Positions 30,982-40,504 of a DNA stretch of 64,000 bases are shown here, piece after piece (the stretch's first letter is position 1; every line of letters begins with the position of its first letter). Source of the DNA: Thermoplasmata archaeon (GTDB taxonomy: Archaea; Thermoplasmatota; Thermoplasmata; Thermoplasmatales; GCA-001856825); contig JAJYUZ010000001.1 in assembly GCA_021792255.1 (NCBI GenBank), positions 384,001-448,000 of the forward strand, read 5' to 3'. Position numbers and translations under genes: made by a program. The notes under the pieces were generated by a model. It did no database searches, was not told where the DNA came from, and was given only the letters and a program-made list of their open reading frames with translations.

Positions 30982-32664
30982 TTGGCTAAGTATGTGTTGA
31001 TGTCGGATAACACATTAATGTATGGATATAGGGACTTCCCTCTTCTAGATTTCCTTCCATGCGCTCCCGTTTCGAAGGTTCCCGCTCCTGTCTTCAATTT
31101 TCTCAAGGGTCCACCATATCCGGCAATGAGCGATGGACAACCAATCCACACAGCATATGCCGTCAGGAAAATGGAAGCTTCACTTCTTAGAAGGAATAAG
31201 AGAGAAGATATTTATGTCGCTCAGAACGATAGTATCGAGAGTGCCATAAAGGACGATACAGAAGTCATTGGCGTAAGCACCATGGACCCTCTGGGACTCG
31301 GTCCGACCACAATGTCCTACTACGTCCTTTTCGGAGGGGACCCATACGCTTGGGTGAGGAAAGAGTGGGAGACACTGATTGCAAAGATAAATGCGGCTAG
31401 GAAGGGAAAGAAAGCCAAGCTCTTGATTGGAGGACCCGGCGTCCTGGAATTCTTCCAGATGAGGGAGGAACTAGACAAAGAAGGAATCGATTTTGCGTTC
31501 TCCGGCGAAGCCGACGACATAATGCCGGACTTATTCGAACAAGTGGCAGCAGATAACATAGATTCAAAGATGTTTTACAAGGGATATACGGAATACGACG
31601 AAAAGTTCAGCAGGAAGTACAAGCAGGACGAAAAGATAATTTCGAGAGCCCAGACTGGTAAACTTTATCCTAGGTTGGAGGAGATCCCGACCATCGTCAA
31701 TCCCTCTGTCAAAGGTATGGTCGAGGTGATGAGAGGCTGCGGGATAGGATGCGACTTCTGTGAAGTCACTCTGAGACCCTTAAGGTATTACACCCCAGAA
31801 ATGATCAGGACGGAAGTCGAAGTAAACCTAAAGAAGGGCGGAAATTCTCACGTTTGGCTTCACTCCGACGACATTTGGGGATATAAGCACGACAATTTCT
31901 TTAGACCAAATGAAGAGGAACTCGTAGACATGTTCAAGGTGGTAATGGATACCCCCGGCATATCGGGAATGAATCCGACCCACGGAAGAATCTCAATTCC
32001 TTCTGGATTTCCAGAGCTAATGGAGAAAATTCAAAAGATACTGAAGGCAGGACCGAACAACTGGATCGGAGTCCAAACGGGACTGGAGACTGGAAGCGAA
32101 ACGCTGGCAAAGAAGCACATGCCGAACAAGACTATGCCTCTCAAGATAGGACCGGATGGAAGCTGGGAGGAGATTGTCTGGCAGGGCGTGTACAACGAAA
32201 CTAAGTACTACTGGAGATCAGCATTCACACTGCAGGTTGGACAGCCTGGTGAGACCGAGGAAGATCTGTGGGAAACGGTCGCTATGATTAACAGATTGAG
32301 CAATTCTACCCTAACGGATGGTAGACCCTTCGAGTTCACAATCACTCCACTGCAAAATGTTCCAATGGGAAGAATTACTTCAAAGAAATTTGACAGCGAC
32401 CTGCTTAACGAAGCTGAGCTAGGAGTTTACTATGCTTCCTATCGGCACCTCGCTAAAATGGCATCCAGAAGAAGATCAGAGGGAGAAGGTAACATGATCG
32501 TCAGAGCAGGAACGGGGGCGATCGTGTCAGTAGGCGGATACCTCATGATGAAGGTAGTAGAAGATGTAGCAAGAAAGAAGGGAGTCGACATTTCAAAGGT
32601 CAAGAGATATGGTCTGGAACAGAGAAGGGAGTTTTCTTCTCAGAGTTCACTTGCACATGCGTGA
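30982..32664 (+). CDS. B12-binding-like radical SAM protein, probable GDGT ring synthase (GrsA/GrsB family)
   Basis: RGCGIGCDFC CxxxCxxC; N-terminal FPLLDFLPCAP and STMDPLGLGP resemble, from memory, Grs-family proteins. Confidence 0.65.
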   Translation: MAKYVLMSDNTLMYGYRDFPLLDFLPCAPVSKVPAPVFNFLKGPPYPAMSDGQPIHTAYAVRKMEASLLRRNKREDIYVAQNDSIESAIKDDTEVIGVSTMDPLGLGPTTMSYYVLFGGDPYAWVRKEWETLIAKINAARKGKKAKLLIGGPGVLEFFQMREELDKEGIDFAFSGEADDIMPDLFEQVAADNIDSKMFYKGYTEYDEKFSRKYKQDEKIISRAQTGKLYPRLEEIPTIVNPSVKGMVEVMRGCGIGCDFCEVTLRPLRYYTPEMIRTEVEVNLKKGGNSHVWLHSDDIWGYKHDNFFRPNEEELVDMFKVVMDTPGISGMNPTHGRISIPSGFPELMEKIQKILKAGPNNWIGVQTGLETGSETLAKKHMPNKTMPLKIGPDGSWEEIVWQGVYNETKYYWRSAFTLQVGQPGETEEDLWETVAMINRLSNSTLTDGRPFEFTITPLQNVPMGRITSKKFDSDLLNEAELGVYYASYRHLAKMASRRRSEGEGNMIVRAGTGAIVSVGGYLMMKVVEDVARKKGVDISKVKRYGLEQRREFSSQSSLAHA

Positions 32665-32715
32665 TGCAGAATATTGTCCTCAGTGGTCAAAGAGCTTCAC
32701 GATCAGGAATAAGAA

Positions 32716-33804
32716 TTATTCGCTCTTCGACAACGGATAGACCCTTCCTCTCCAGACCACCTTCTTGCTGAACTTTCCTGACATCAAGTTCCAGACGTAC
32801 ACGAAAGGTAAAATGAATGTTAAAGAAAGAAAATACCATACTCTTACCGGGACCTTCCTTTGACTATTAAAGGAGTTGAAGAAATAGACGAAGAGGAAAA
32901 CCGCGAACAGATCGTTCACCAACACTGAGAAGACGATTGCCGATAGGAGAAGATAAATTGAGGCCAAGTAGTAAACCATACCGAACAAGAAAGTCTTATT
33001 ACTGGAATAAATCGAAAATGCAGTCTGTCGATTGGACCATTCGAGGAACGTTCGAAAGTCGTCGGTGGAATATATCTTTGGTCTTGACTCGGGAACATAA
33101 GAAATTTTGAGTCCCTTTGCCTCAGCAATTCTCAAGATTGCTATGTCGTCGGAAATCGATTGAGAAAATGATTTTAAAGACTCCTCGTCTAACAATTCTT
33201 TCCTGAAAGCCATTGAACCACCCCAGACGAATTTTGTCAAGTTCGATTCCATCATAGACTGTCCTGCAAGACCCCAGAACATCTTTAACTTGCTCCAGAA
33301 GCCTCCTGCGGGATAGAATATGGGGAACGAAGTGGAGACACCTACCTTTGGGTCAGAGAGGGGACCAACCAGATTTGCAAGCCACGACCGTTCAGCCCTG
33401 ATATCGGAATCTGCAACGACATAGGAATCGTATTCAGGGTATCTCAAAATTGCAGAATATATCGCCCTCACTTTTCCACTACATTTGGTGCAGCTAGCTG
33501 TCGATTCTATGTACTCGATTCCTTCCTTCTTCAAGTAAGGTACTGACAGATCCTCGACACTGTCTACTACGGCCATCAGATCGAACGAGCTAAAGTCCTG
33601 GTTCTTCAGAGAGGCCAGGTTTTCGTCTAGTTCAAAGTCGACTCCTCTCGTAGGAACGATTACCAAAACTCTTGACTGAGGTGAGGTAGATATCTGTGAA
33701 AGGAAGCTATCCCTCTTATGATCGTTTCTGCTGAGGTACGTTAGCATGATCCCCGCAGAAAGCAAAATATTTAACGAAAATATGACCCACAAGTACAGGT
33801 ACAT
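32716..33804 (-). CDS. Membrane GT-A glycosyltransferase (GT2/GT21, ceramide glucosyltransferase/HpnI-like)
   Basis: N-terminal TM, SGK, VADSD DxD, WGGSMA, SDD, WSNRQ, C-terminal TMs and WRGR. Confidence 0.82.
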   Translation of the reverse strand: MYLYLWVIFSLNILLSAGIMLTYLSRNDHKRDSFLSQISTSPQSRVLVIVPTRGVDFELDENLASLKNQDFSSFDLMAVVDSVEDLSVPYLKKEGIEYIESTASCTKCSGKVRAIYSAILRYPEYDSYVVADSDIRAERSWLANLVGPLSDPKVGVSTSFPIFYPAGGFWSKLKMFWGLAGQSMMESNLTKFVWGGSMAFRKELLDEESLKSFSQSISDDIAILRIAEAKGLKISYVPESRPKIYSTDDFRTFLEWSNRQTAFSIYSSNKTFLFGMVYYLASIYLLLSAIVFSVLVNDLFAVFLFVYFFNSFNSQRKVPVRVWYFLSLTFILPFVYVWNLMSGKFSKKVVWRGRVYPLSKSE

Positions 33805-33941
33805 TTTTGCGGGAAGTCGAGCCAGACAAATAAAGTTTCTCTGATTTTAGAAACGAATTTATCGTGCTCCACGGACCTGTAGATGGGACAATTGAATGCG
33901 ATAATGGAAATGTAGAAGTAAGATCAGGTTTTAACAGTAAT

Positions 33942-35096
33942 ATGGTAAATACACCGTATGGTGGGAAACTAAAGGTATCCTTGGACCTAAAGAATCAGGA
34001 GAAACACATTGAAGGACTAAAGGGTATGACTCAAGTCGAACCATTTACCGATTTCTTTTATGATTCCCTGAAATTGGGTGACGGTGCATACAGCCCTTTG
34101 GAGGGATTCATGAGCGAAGAAGAAGCCAACAGCGTCATGAAAAAGAAAAGTCTGCTCAACGGTCTCCCCTGGACTATACCGATTATTTTCACAATTAATG
34201 CCGATATGAGCGACGGACTCAGACCAGGAGATCAGATAGCACTTCTTGATCCGACTCACAGACCATACGGTGAGATGGAGGTTGAGACGAAATTCAAGCT
34301 AGACAAGAAGGAGATTGCAGAGTCGATCTACGGCACCAAAGAAATGAAACATCCAAACGTTCAGGACTTGTTTGAAAAATACGGCGATAAAGCTATATCT
34401 GGTAGAGTCAAAATATACAGAGATCCGGAATTACCTGGGGGAGCCTACGAAAGACATCCCTCGGAAGTGAGGGAAGAATTTACCAAAAAAGGCTGGAAAA
34501 ATGTCGTTGCCTATCAGGCCAGGAATCCACCACACGTTGCCCACGAGTACCTTCAGAAAGTGTCGCTCGAGTTCCCTGGAATAGACGGTCTGTTCGTACA
34601 CCTAGTCGTCGGAAGATTGAAGAAGGGGGACTACAAAGCAAACGTCATTCTTGACTCCTACGATGCCCTCATCAGGAATTATTACAGGATGGAGAAAACG
34701 ATGATGGGTTCGCTTTCAATCACGATGAGGTACGCTGGACCGAGGGCTTCGATTTTCTTGGCGATAATCAGAAGGAATTATGGGGCGACTCATTACATTA
34801 TTGGGAGAGACCAGGCGGGCGTTGGTAATTACTACGACCCGTACGCTGCTCAAAGAATATTTGACGAACTTGACGTGGGGATGATTCCGCTAAAATTCAA
34901 GGACACTTTCTATTGTAAGAGGTGCATGGGAATCACTTCTGAAAGCGTTTGTCCGCACGCCATTGGGGACAGGATGATTATAAGCCAGACAAATATAAGA
35001 GAGATGCTGAGAACTGGCCAAGAAATCCCTACCGAAATTCTGAGGCCAGAGATTGCGAGAATACTCAAGAAAGGGGACGTCATCAACGAAGGGTAG
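33942..35096 (+). CDS. sat: Sulfate adenylyltransferase (ATP sulfurylase)
   Basis: GAYSPLEGFM, QARNPPHVAHE, MRYAGPR, RRNYGATH, GRDQAGVG, Zn-site CKRC...CPH; ATG 33942 preferred over 33864. Confidence 0.93.
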   Translation: MVNTPYGGKLKVSLDLKNQEKHIEGLKGMTQVEPFTDFFYDSLKLGDGAYSPLEGFMSEEEANSVMKKKSLLNGLPWTIPIIFTINADMSDGLRPGDQIALLDPTHRPYGEMEVETKFKLDKKEIAESIYGTKEMKHPNVQDLFEKYGDKAISGRVKIYRDPELPGGAYERHPSEVREEFTKKGWKNVVAYQARNPPHVAHEYLQKVSLEFPGIDGLFVHLVVGRLKKGDYKANVILDSYDALIRNYYRMEKTMMGSLSITMRYAGPRASIFLAIIRRNYGATHYIIGRDQAGVGNYYDPYAAQRIFDELDVGMIPLKFKDTFYCKRCMGITSESVCPHAIGDRMIISQTNIREMLRTGQEIPTEILRPEIARILKKGDVINEG

Positions 35097-35203
35097 GAAA
35101 TAAGGCGGCCAGGAAGTGTGAAATAATTCCTGCATTCATTCCTGGTTGAGTTTCTTGAATGAGAGTCGGAAATGTTTATGTTTTGAAAGAAATAACCATT
35201 GCT

Positions 35204-35277
35204 GGGCCCGTAGCTTAGACAGGTAGAGCGACCGGCTCTTAACCAGTAGGTCAGGGGTTCAAATCCCCTCGGGCCCG
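35204..35277 (+). tRNA. tRNA-Lys(CUU), no intron, no encoded CCA
   Basis: GGGCCCG/CGGGCCC acceptor stem, TAGCTTAG D-arm start, anticodon loop CT-CTT-AA (CTT at 35238-35240), GTTCAAATC T-loop. Confidence 0.95.
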
Positions 35278-35551
35278 TGTTTCATTTCGTGGTTCCCCTT
35301 TCCCCTGCCTCAGTCTTGCAAAAACTGACTTCCTCACACGAATAAATTCCGTGGGGTTCCCGATTCAAAGAGTTGCAACTCGTAAGGATAGTACATATCT
35401 TCCAACACCCGCGTTCCTGCCCCCTTGTTGCTACTCAGCCAATCCTTAGCATCTATGAAATAGACTCTTCTTGCGTTCATCTAGAATTTTAATAATTAAA
35501 TTTTTACAATCGTCACTCACTTATCGAACTTCTTGTCCTGAGCACTTTTTG

Positions 35552-35878
35552 TCACAATGAGTTGGTTCTTAATATCTGGTGCACTAGGTCTACATACCGT
35601 GGATTGATAAAATAATAACTAAATTTCCACTCCTCTCGCCTCTTTAGTAGGCCTACCTCGTACATCTTTAGAAGGTGAGCTGTAACGGTTGGTTGGGGCA
35701 GCCCGAGGGCCGGTTGGAGTTCACACGAACAAACGCTATTGTATTTTGAGATAATCTCTAGTATGGCTATCCTGCCTTTGTTTCCCAACACCCCTAATAT
35801 CTTTGAAAAATCCTCATATTTCTCTGAGTCGACTTCATCTATCTTTCTTATACTGCAGTACTCTGCCTCATCTTTCAT
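35552..35878 (-). CDS. arsR: ArsR/SmtB metalloregulator
   Basis: RIAIL, VCSCEL Cys box, QPTVTAHL helix-turn-helix; overlaps acr3. Confidence 0.88.
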   Translation of the reverse strand: MKDEAEYCSIRKIDEVDSEKYEDFSKILGVLGNKGRIAILEIISKYNSVCSCELQPALGLPQPTVTAHLLKMYEVGLLKRREEWKFSYYFINPRYVDLVHQILRTNSL

Positions 35879-36936
35879 TTACTTATCTCCATTGAACTTA
35901 ACTTCTTCACCGTATTTATTCTCTGTTCCCTCCCGAGCTGAACCCATACTAGGAAGAGCATCAAGGGAATCTCCAGTAGGGGCCCAATGGCGGTGGTTAT
36001 TGCAACGTAGGGATAGATCGCAAATGCCGCTATCGCAATAGCAATGCTCACCTCAAAGTCTCTGGCAGATACTGTAAACCCTACCGCAGTCGAGTCGGGA
36101 TAATTATGCCCAAGCTTCCTTGAAGCGAGATAACCTGTCTGAAAGAGTAAAAAATAGAAGATGAGCATCACTATGCCCACCATCCAGACTAACGATGGTG
36201 TATCAATTATTCCGTAGCCCTCTCCCCAGAATATGACTAGTATTGTGAACAGCAGCGCTAATGTCTGCACTGATCCCAATTTGTTTAGCACCCGAGAGAA
36301 ATAGGCTTTTCGGCGCAGCAATCTTCTGGTTGTTATTCCCGCAATCAAGGGTAAGACGAGGTATAGTAGTACACTCTCCAGAATTAGTGCAGGACTTACA
36401 ATTACCGATGTGCGTGCAAGGAGGTATACCAAGAAAGGGGTAGTTATGACCTGAATTATTGAGTTCCACGCAACAAAAGACACTCCCAGTGGAAGATTAC
36501 CGTGAGCAAGATCAGTCCAAACCATTACCATCGCAATACAAGGAGCCACCCCAAGCAGAATTATTCCAACAAGCATCTGAGATGCAATGTTAGAACTTAT
36601 TAGATTCAAAGGCCTGTAGACTTCATAGACGAAAAAGTAAGCAATACCCGCCACCAGAAACGGAGCTATAGCATAATTGAGCATGACCATAAGTCCCACT
36701 GTTTTAACGTTCCTGAGACTCTTTCCCAGCTCATTCAACCGGACCTTGGTCATTGCTGGATATATCATGAAGAAAAGACCAACTGGAATCCCGTATGTGG
36801 CCACAATTGAGCCGCCCGCTTTAATCTTTAGTCCTAGAGCGAGCCCTGCGACAATGGCGATAACAACGAAGACGGGAAACAATATGGTTTTGATACCAAT
36901 TTTCCTACGAATGTTATTAACTGCCATGGAAGTCAA
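35875..36936 (-). CDS. acr3: Acr3-family arsenite efflux transporter
   Basis: MIYPAM, GVAPCIAMVMVW, FEVSIAIA and GPLLEIP motifs. Confidence 0.92.
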   Translation of the reverse strand: MTSMAVNNIRRKIGIKTILFPVFVVIAIVAGLALGLKIKAGGSIVATYGIPVGLFFMIYPAMTKVRLNELGKSLRNVKTVGLMVMLNYAIAPFLVAGIAYFFVYEVYRPLNLISSNIASQMLVGIILLGVAPCIAMVMVWTDLAHGNLPLGVSFVAWNSIIQVITTPFLVYLLARTSVIVSPALILESVLLYLVLPLIAGITTRRLLRRKAYFSRVLNKLGSVQTLALLFTILVIFWGEGYGIIDTPSLVWMVGIVMLIFYFLLFQTGYLASRKLGHNYPDSTAVGFTVSARDFEVSIAIAIAAFAIYPYVAITTAIGPLLEIPLMLFLVWVQLGREQRINTVKKLSSMEISK

Positions 36937-37445
36937 TTAGACTTGATTACTTTTATAAATTCTGGCATAAATTCACTCAGGTCAAAGTGCGTTCTCGCAG
37001 TGATGATAGTTTCGGATGACCTTATCACTGGCGAATCTACGAATATCGCACCTGCATTTTCAACCTCCGATCTAATGGTAGGATGACCTGTAACCCTCAT
37101 CCCTTTTAGGAGTCCCGCCTCGGCCAAAAGGAGAGGAGAGTGACATATTGTTGCAAAAAAAGTACCCTCATCTGACATCTTCCTGACAATATCTACGGTT
37201 CTATGATTCCGCAGCAGGTTCTCAGGGGATTTAGCACCCGGGAAAAACACGAAATCGTACCTTAATGGAATATCTGAAAGCAGTCGTGTTGGGGTTATCT
37301 GATCGATTCCAAATTGCCCTTTGTATGGTCTATTTTGCCATGCGAGAATGTCGAAATCAATTTTCTCCTCTCGCAACCTGTAATAGGGAACCCAAAGTTC
37401 TAGATCATGGAAGCCTTCATCGAGCATTATTGCGACCTTTTTCAT
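36933..37445 (-). CDS. DJ-1/PfpI family protein
   Basis: GFHDLELWVPYYRL and ICHSP nucleophile elbow; overlaps acr3. Confidence 0.88.
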   Translation of the reverse strand: MKKVAIMLDEGFHDLELWVPYYRLREEKIDFDILAWQNRPYKGQFGIDQITPTRLLSDIPLRYDFVFFPGAKSPENLLRNHRTVDIVRKMSDEGTFFATICHSPLLLAEAGLLKGMRVTGHPTIRSEVENAGAIFVDSPVIRSSETIITARTHFDLSEFMPEFIKVIKSN

Positions 37446-37693
37446 GGCTTCGAATTATAATATCGTATTAAAACATTATGATATGATAAATATGAAATAT
37501 ACCACCCAGAAAACAAGTTATCTCTGTGTTTGCGTGGTTATCGGCTATGTACTTATGAACAACTGCGATCTCAAACTGCCCCAGTTATCAGGAGCGTCAG
37601 ACTTACATTGACCCGGATGTTTTGACGAATGATTGTCTATGAGATGTCATCTTCTTTTTACTCTTGCAGTTTCTTCTATGCTCCGACCTCGTA

Positions 37694-37945
37694 TTAGAGC
37701 TCTTCGTACAGTCCTCGAGGTGTTGTCGGTATTCCTTTATAAATCTCCTTAGTCCTCAAGTCCTTCTCTGTCAGCTTTGATACTCCGATTTTGAACCGTT
37801 TTTCGTATTGCCCTGTCGAGCGCTCTTTGTTTAGAAGATTCTGAAAGAAAGGTTTAAGCTCCTCATATTTTGGAGCGTACTTTATTGGTGTAAGAATCGA
37901 TCCGACTTCATCGTTTATTCTCCTTTCTATACACTTTAACTGCAC
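37694..37945 (-). pseudogene. Probable gene remnant of unknown origin
   Basis: 83-aa GTG-start ORF with no recognisable motif, flanked by stop-rich sequence at the edge of the tRNA-adjacent islet. Confidence 0.3.
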
Positions 37946-38067
37946 TGCCTGTCTACTTTGTCGTTAATGAAGGTCCCAGTTCTGATATTATACCGATTTA
38001 TATCTAAACTGGAGGATAATACTACTGTCAATAATAAAATTCAAAAGCTCAGAGTCATTACAATTCA

Positions 38068-40422
38068 ATGGTTAGAAGGAAGGGAACAGCGAAGTTCAAT
38101 CTGTTTAAAGACATATTCGGATTAGAGATTGCCAACGAGTCACTTTCTTTTACCCTACGTAGAGACAAGTTAGAGAGTAAGTATTCGAATAAGAGTCAGC
38201 CTTCAAGTGTAGCACAGAGACTAAGATTAAATGGACTTACAATTGATTCCAACAGAGTGATTTTTGACTTTGGCCCTAGCACGCTTGAGTTTGCTTCAGT
38301 CTCAGACAGGTTGTTCCATTTTACTTGGTTAAGTAAAGGAACGACGCTTCCAAAATTCAGAGAAGACCTGACTCAAGTCAGAGATGGGAAGCTAGAAGAT
38401 TTCAATTTGTCGTATAAGAATGACGTAGTTTCTATTGAAATGGGGAATGTAAATATTAGCGTCGATAGAAAAGGATCGATAGAGTACAGGTACAGGGGAG
38501 ATGTCTTAAGGAACGATTTACCTCCATTGATCTCGTCTAGAGTCGTGCACAAGTCGAAGGTTCGAACCAAGAGCAAGTTTTTTGGGACTGGGGAGAGAGC
38601 TCTTCCATTCGATCTGAGGGGAAACAAAGTGATCCTCTGGAATCACGACGCTAACGGAAGCTATGGTCCTGGAGTTGATCCTCTTTATATTTCCATCCCT
38701 ACGATCGTTGACATAGATTCCACGGTTGGTTACGGCATAGAATACATGAATCCTAGCAGAGGTGCAATAGATCTTTGCAAATCCAAGAAGGATCTCTTGG
38801 TCGCTGAGTTTGATTCTGCGGGACTGGAGTATTATGTTGCATTTGGAAATATGGAGGAAATACTGGAAGAATTTGCAAAAGTCACGGGATTTCCGATGCT
38901 TCCTCCTAGATGGTCCTTAGGGTTCCATCAATCCAAGTACAGCTACATGAGTCAACAGCAAGTAGAGGAGATCGCTGATAATTTCCAGAAGCTACACCTT
39001 CCTCTGTCTGCCATACATATGGATATTGACTATATGGACGGATTCAGAGTGTTTACTCTAAACAAGAACACATTTCCTGACCTTAAGAGACTTTCTCATA
39101 GTTTTAAGACAAGAGGAATAAACTTGGTACCAATACTTGATCCAGCAGTAAAGTGGGATGAAAAATACTCAGTTTTCAATGAGATGATATCGAACCGAAA
39201 CTACGTAAAAGACCCGGAAGGAAAGGCGATAGGAGCTCCGGTCTGGGCAGGAAAATCTGTCTTTCCAGACTTTTCATCCGATAACACACAGAAGTGGTGG
39301 TCTTCTCTTTACTCTTTCTTTGCGACATATGAGATCAATGGGGTCTGGCATGACATGAACGAACCAGCGGTTTTCTCTCTTTGGGGGGATAACAGTCTTC
39401 CGCAACACGCAATTCACGAAAAGGGAACCCACACCGAAATTCACAACATATATGCCCTGTACATGGCCAAGGCCGGATATGAGGGAATGACAAATAGTGT
39501 TAATGAACAAAGACCATTCTTTCTGTCGAGATCTGGATGGGCAGGCATTCAAAGATACTCGTTTGTATGGACGGGGGACACTGAGAGCACCTGGGCGGAA
39601 CTCAGACAAACTGTTCCCACTATACTTAACCTCAGCCTATCGGGAATTCCCTACACTGGGGTAGACATTGGTGGGTTTAGTGGCACTCCTTCCAGAAGTC
39701 TTTTCATAAGGTGGTTCCAACTCGGTTCATTCTTGCCACTTTTTAGAACTCATTCAGCTAGGGGAAACGGAGAAAGAGAGCCCTGGGCGTACGGAGAGGA
39801 TGTGCTAGAGATAATCAGAAAATTTCTCGAGATTAGGTACTCACTCCTACCGTACTGGTTTTCTGTGGCGTACGAAAGTCACAAAACAGGACATCCGATT
39901 ATAAGACCCGTCTCTTATCTCTATCCAGAGATTTTTGACGAACACTCGTTTATGGTTGGAGATTCGGTCTTGGTGTACCCAGTGCTTGAAGAATCTGTTG
40001 CCAAAATGACGCTAAATCTTCCTCCCGGAAGGTGGTACTCCCTTTGGGATTCTAGCGTAAGTGAGGGAGAAGTCACACTGCTGACGGATGAAAAGTCCTT
40101 TCCCGTTTTTATAAGGGAGGGAAGTGTGATTCCGAGGGAGGATGGAAAGCTACACTTTGACATCTATCCCGCTGGTAACCTCAAGTTTACTTTCTATGAG
40201 GACGATGACAGATTGCGCCCCAACTTCAAGATTATCAAATTTACTGGGAAAACAGAGGGGAACATTTTCGTGCTCGAATACGCAACTGAGGGTGACCTCC
40301 AGAACAGTGAAGAGATATCCCTCGAATTGAAAAATATGGACTACGTCTTCAAGGAGACAAAAAGCAGCAGACTAACTGTATCAAGACGGAGAGGAACCGT
40401 CGAAATCGTCCCAAAGAAATGA
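38068..40422 (+). CDS. GH31 alpha-glucosidase
   Basis: MDIDYMDG, WHDMNEP nucleophile, SRSGWAG, WTGD acid/base, DIGGF, REPW. Confidence 0.93.
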   Translation: MVRRKGTAKFNLFKDIFGLEIANESLSFTLRRDKLESKYSNKSQPSSVAQRLRLNGLTIDSNRVIFDFGPSTLEFASVSDRLFHFTWLSKGTTLPKFREDLTQVRDGKLEDFNLSYKNDVVSIEMGNVNISVDRKGSIEYRYRGDVLRNDLPPLISSRVVHKSKVRTKSKFFGTGERALPFDLRGNKVILWNHDANGSYGPGVDPLYISIPTIVDIDSTVGYGIEYMNPSRGAIDLCKSKKDLLVAEFDSAGLEYYVAFGNMEEILEEFAKVTGFPMLPPRWSLGFHQSKYSYMSQQQVEEIADNFQKLHLPLSAIHMDIDYMDGFRVFTLNKNTFPDLKRLSHSFKTRGINLVPILDPAVKWDEKYSVFNEMISNRNYVKDPEGKAIGAPVWAGKSVFPDFSSDNTQKWWSSLYSFFATYEINGVWHDMNEPAVFSLWGDNSLPQHAIHEKGTHTEIHNIYALYMAKAGYEGMTNSVNEQRPFFLSRSGWAGIQRYSFVWTGDTESTWAELRQTVPTILNLSLSGIPYTGVDIGGFSGTPSRSLFIRWFQLGSFLPLFRTHSARGNGEREPWAYGEDVLEIIRKFLEIRYSLLPYWFSVAYESHKTGHPIIRPVSYLYPEIFDEHSFMVGDSVLVYPVLEESVAKMTLNLPPGRWYSLWDSSVSEGEVTLLTDEKSFPVFIREGSVIPREDGKLHFDIYPAGNLKFTFYEDDDRLRPNFKIIKFTGKTEGNIFVLEYATEGDLQNSEEISLELKNMDYVFKETKSSRLTVSRRRGTVEIVPKK

Positions 40423-40504
40423 GGGAGCAAATTCATAGAGGATTCACAGTTTTTGTCTCCATTTCTGAACAAATCTAGTGAGTGACTTTAATTTAGAAAC
40501 TCGA

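Noticed and set aside
35260-38060. attR duplication of the tRNA-Lys 3' end bounding the arsenic islet
   Set aside because: No convincing copy of the tRNA 3' end found by eye, so no mobile element was called
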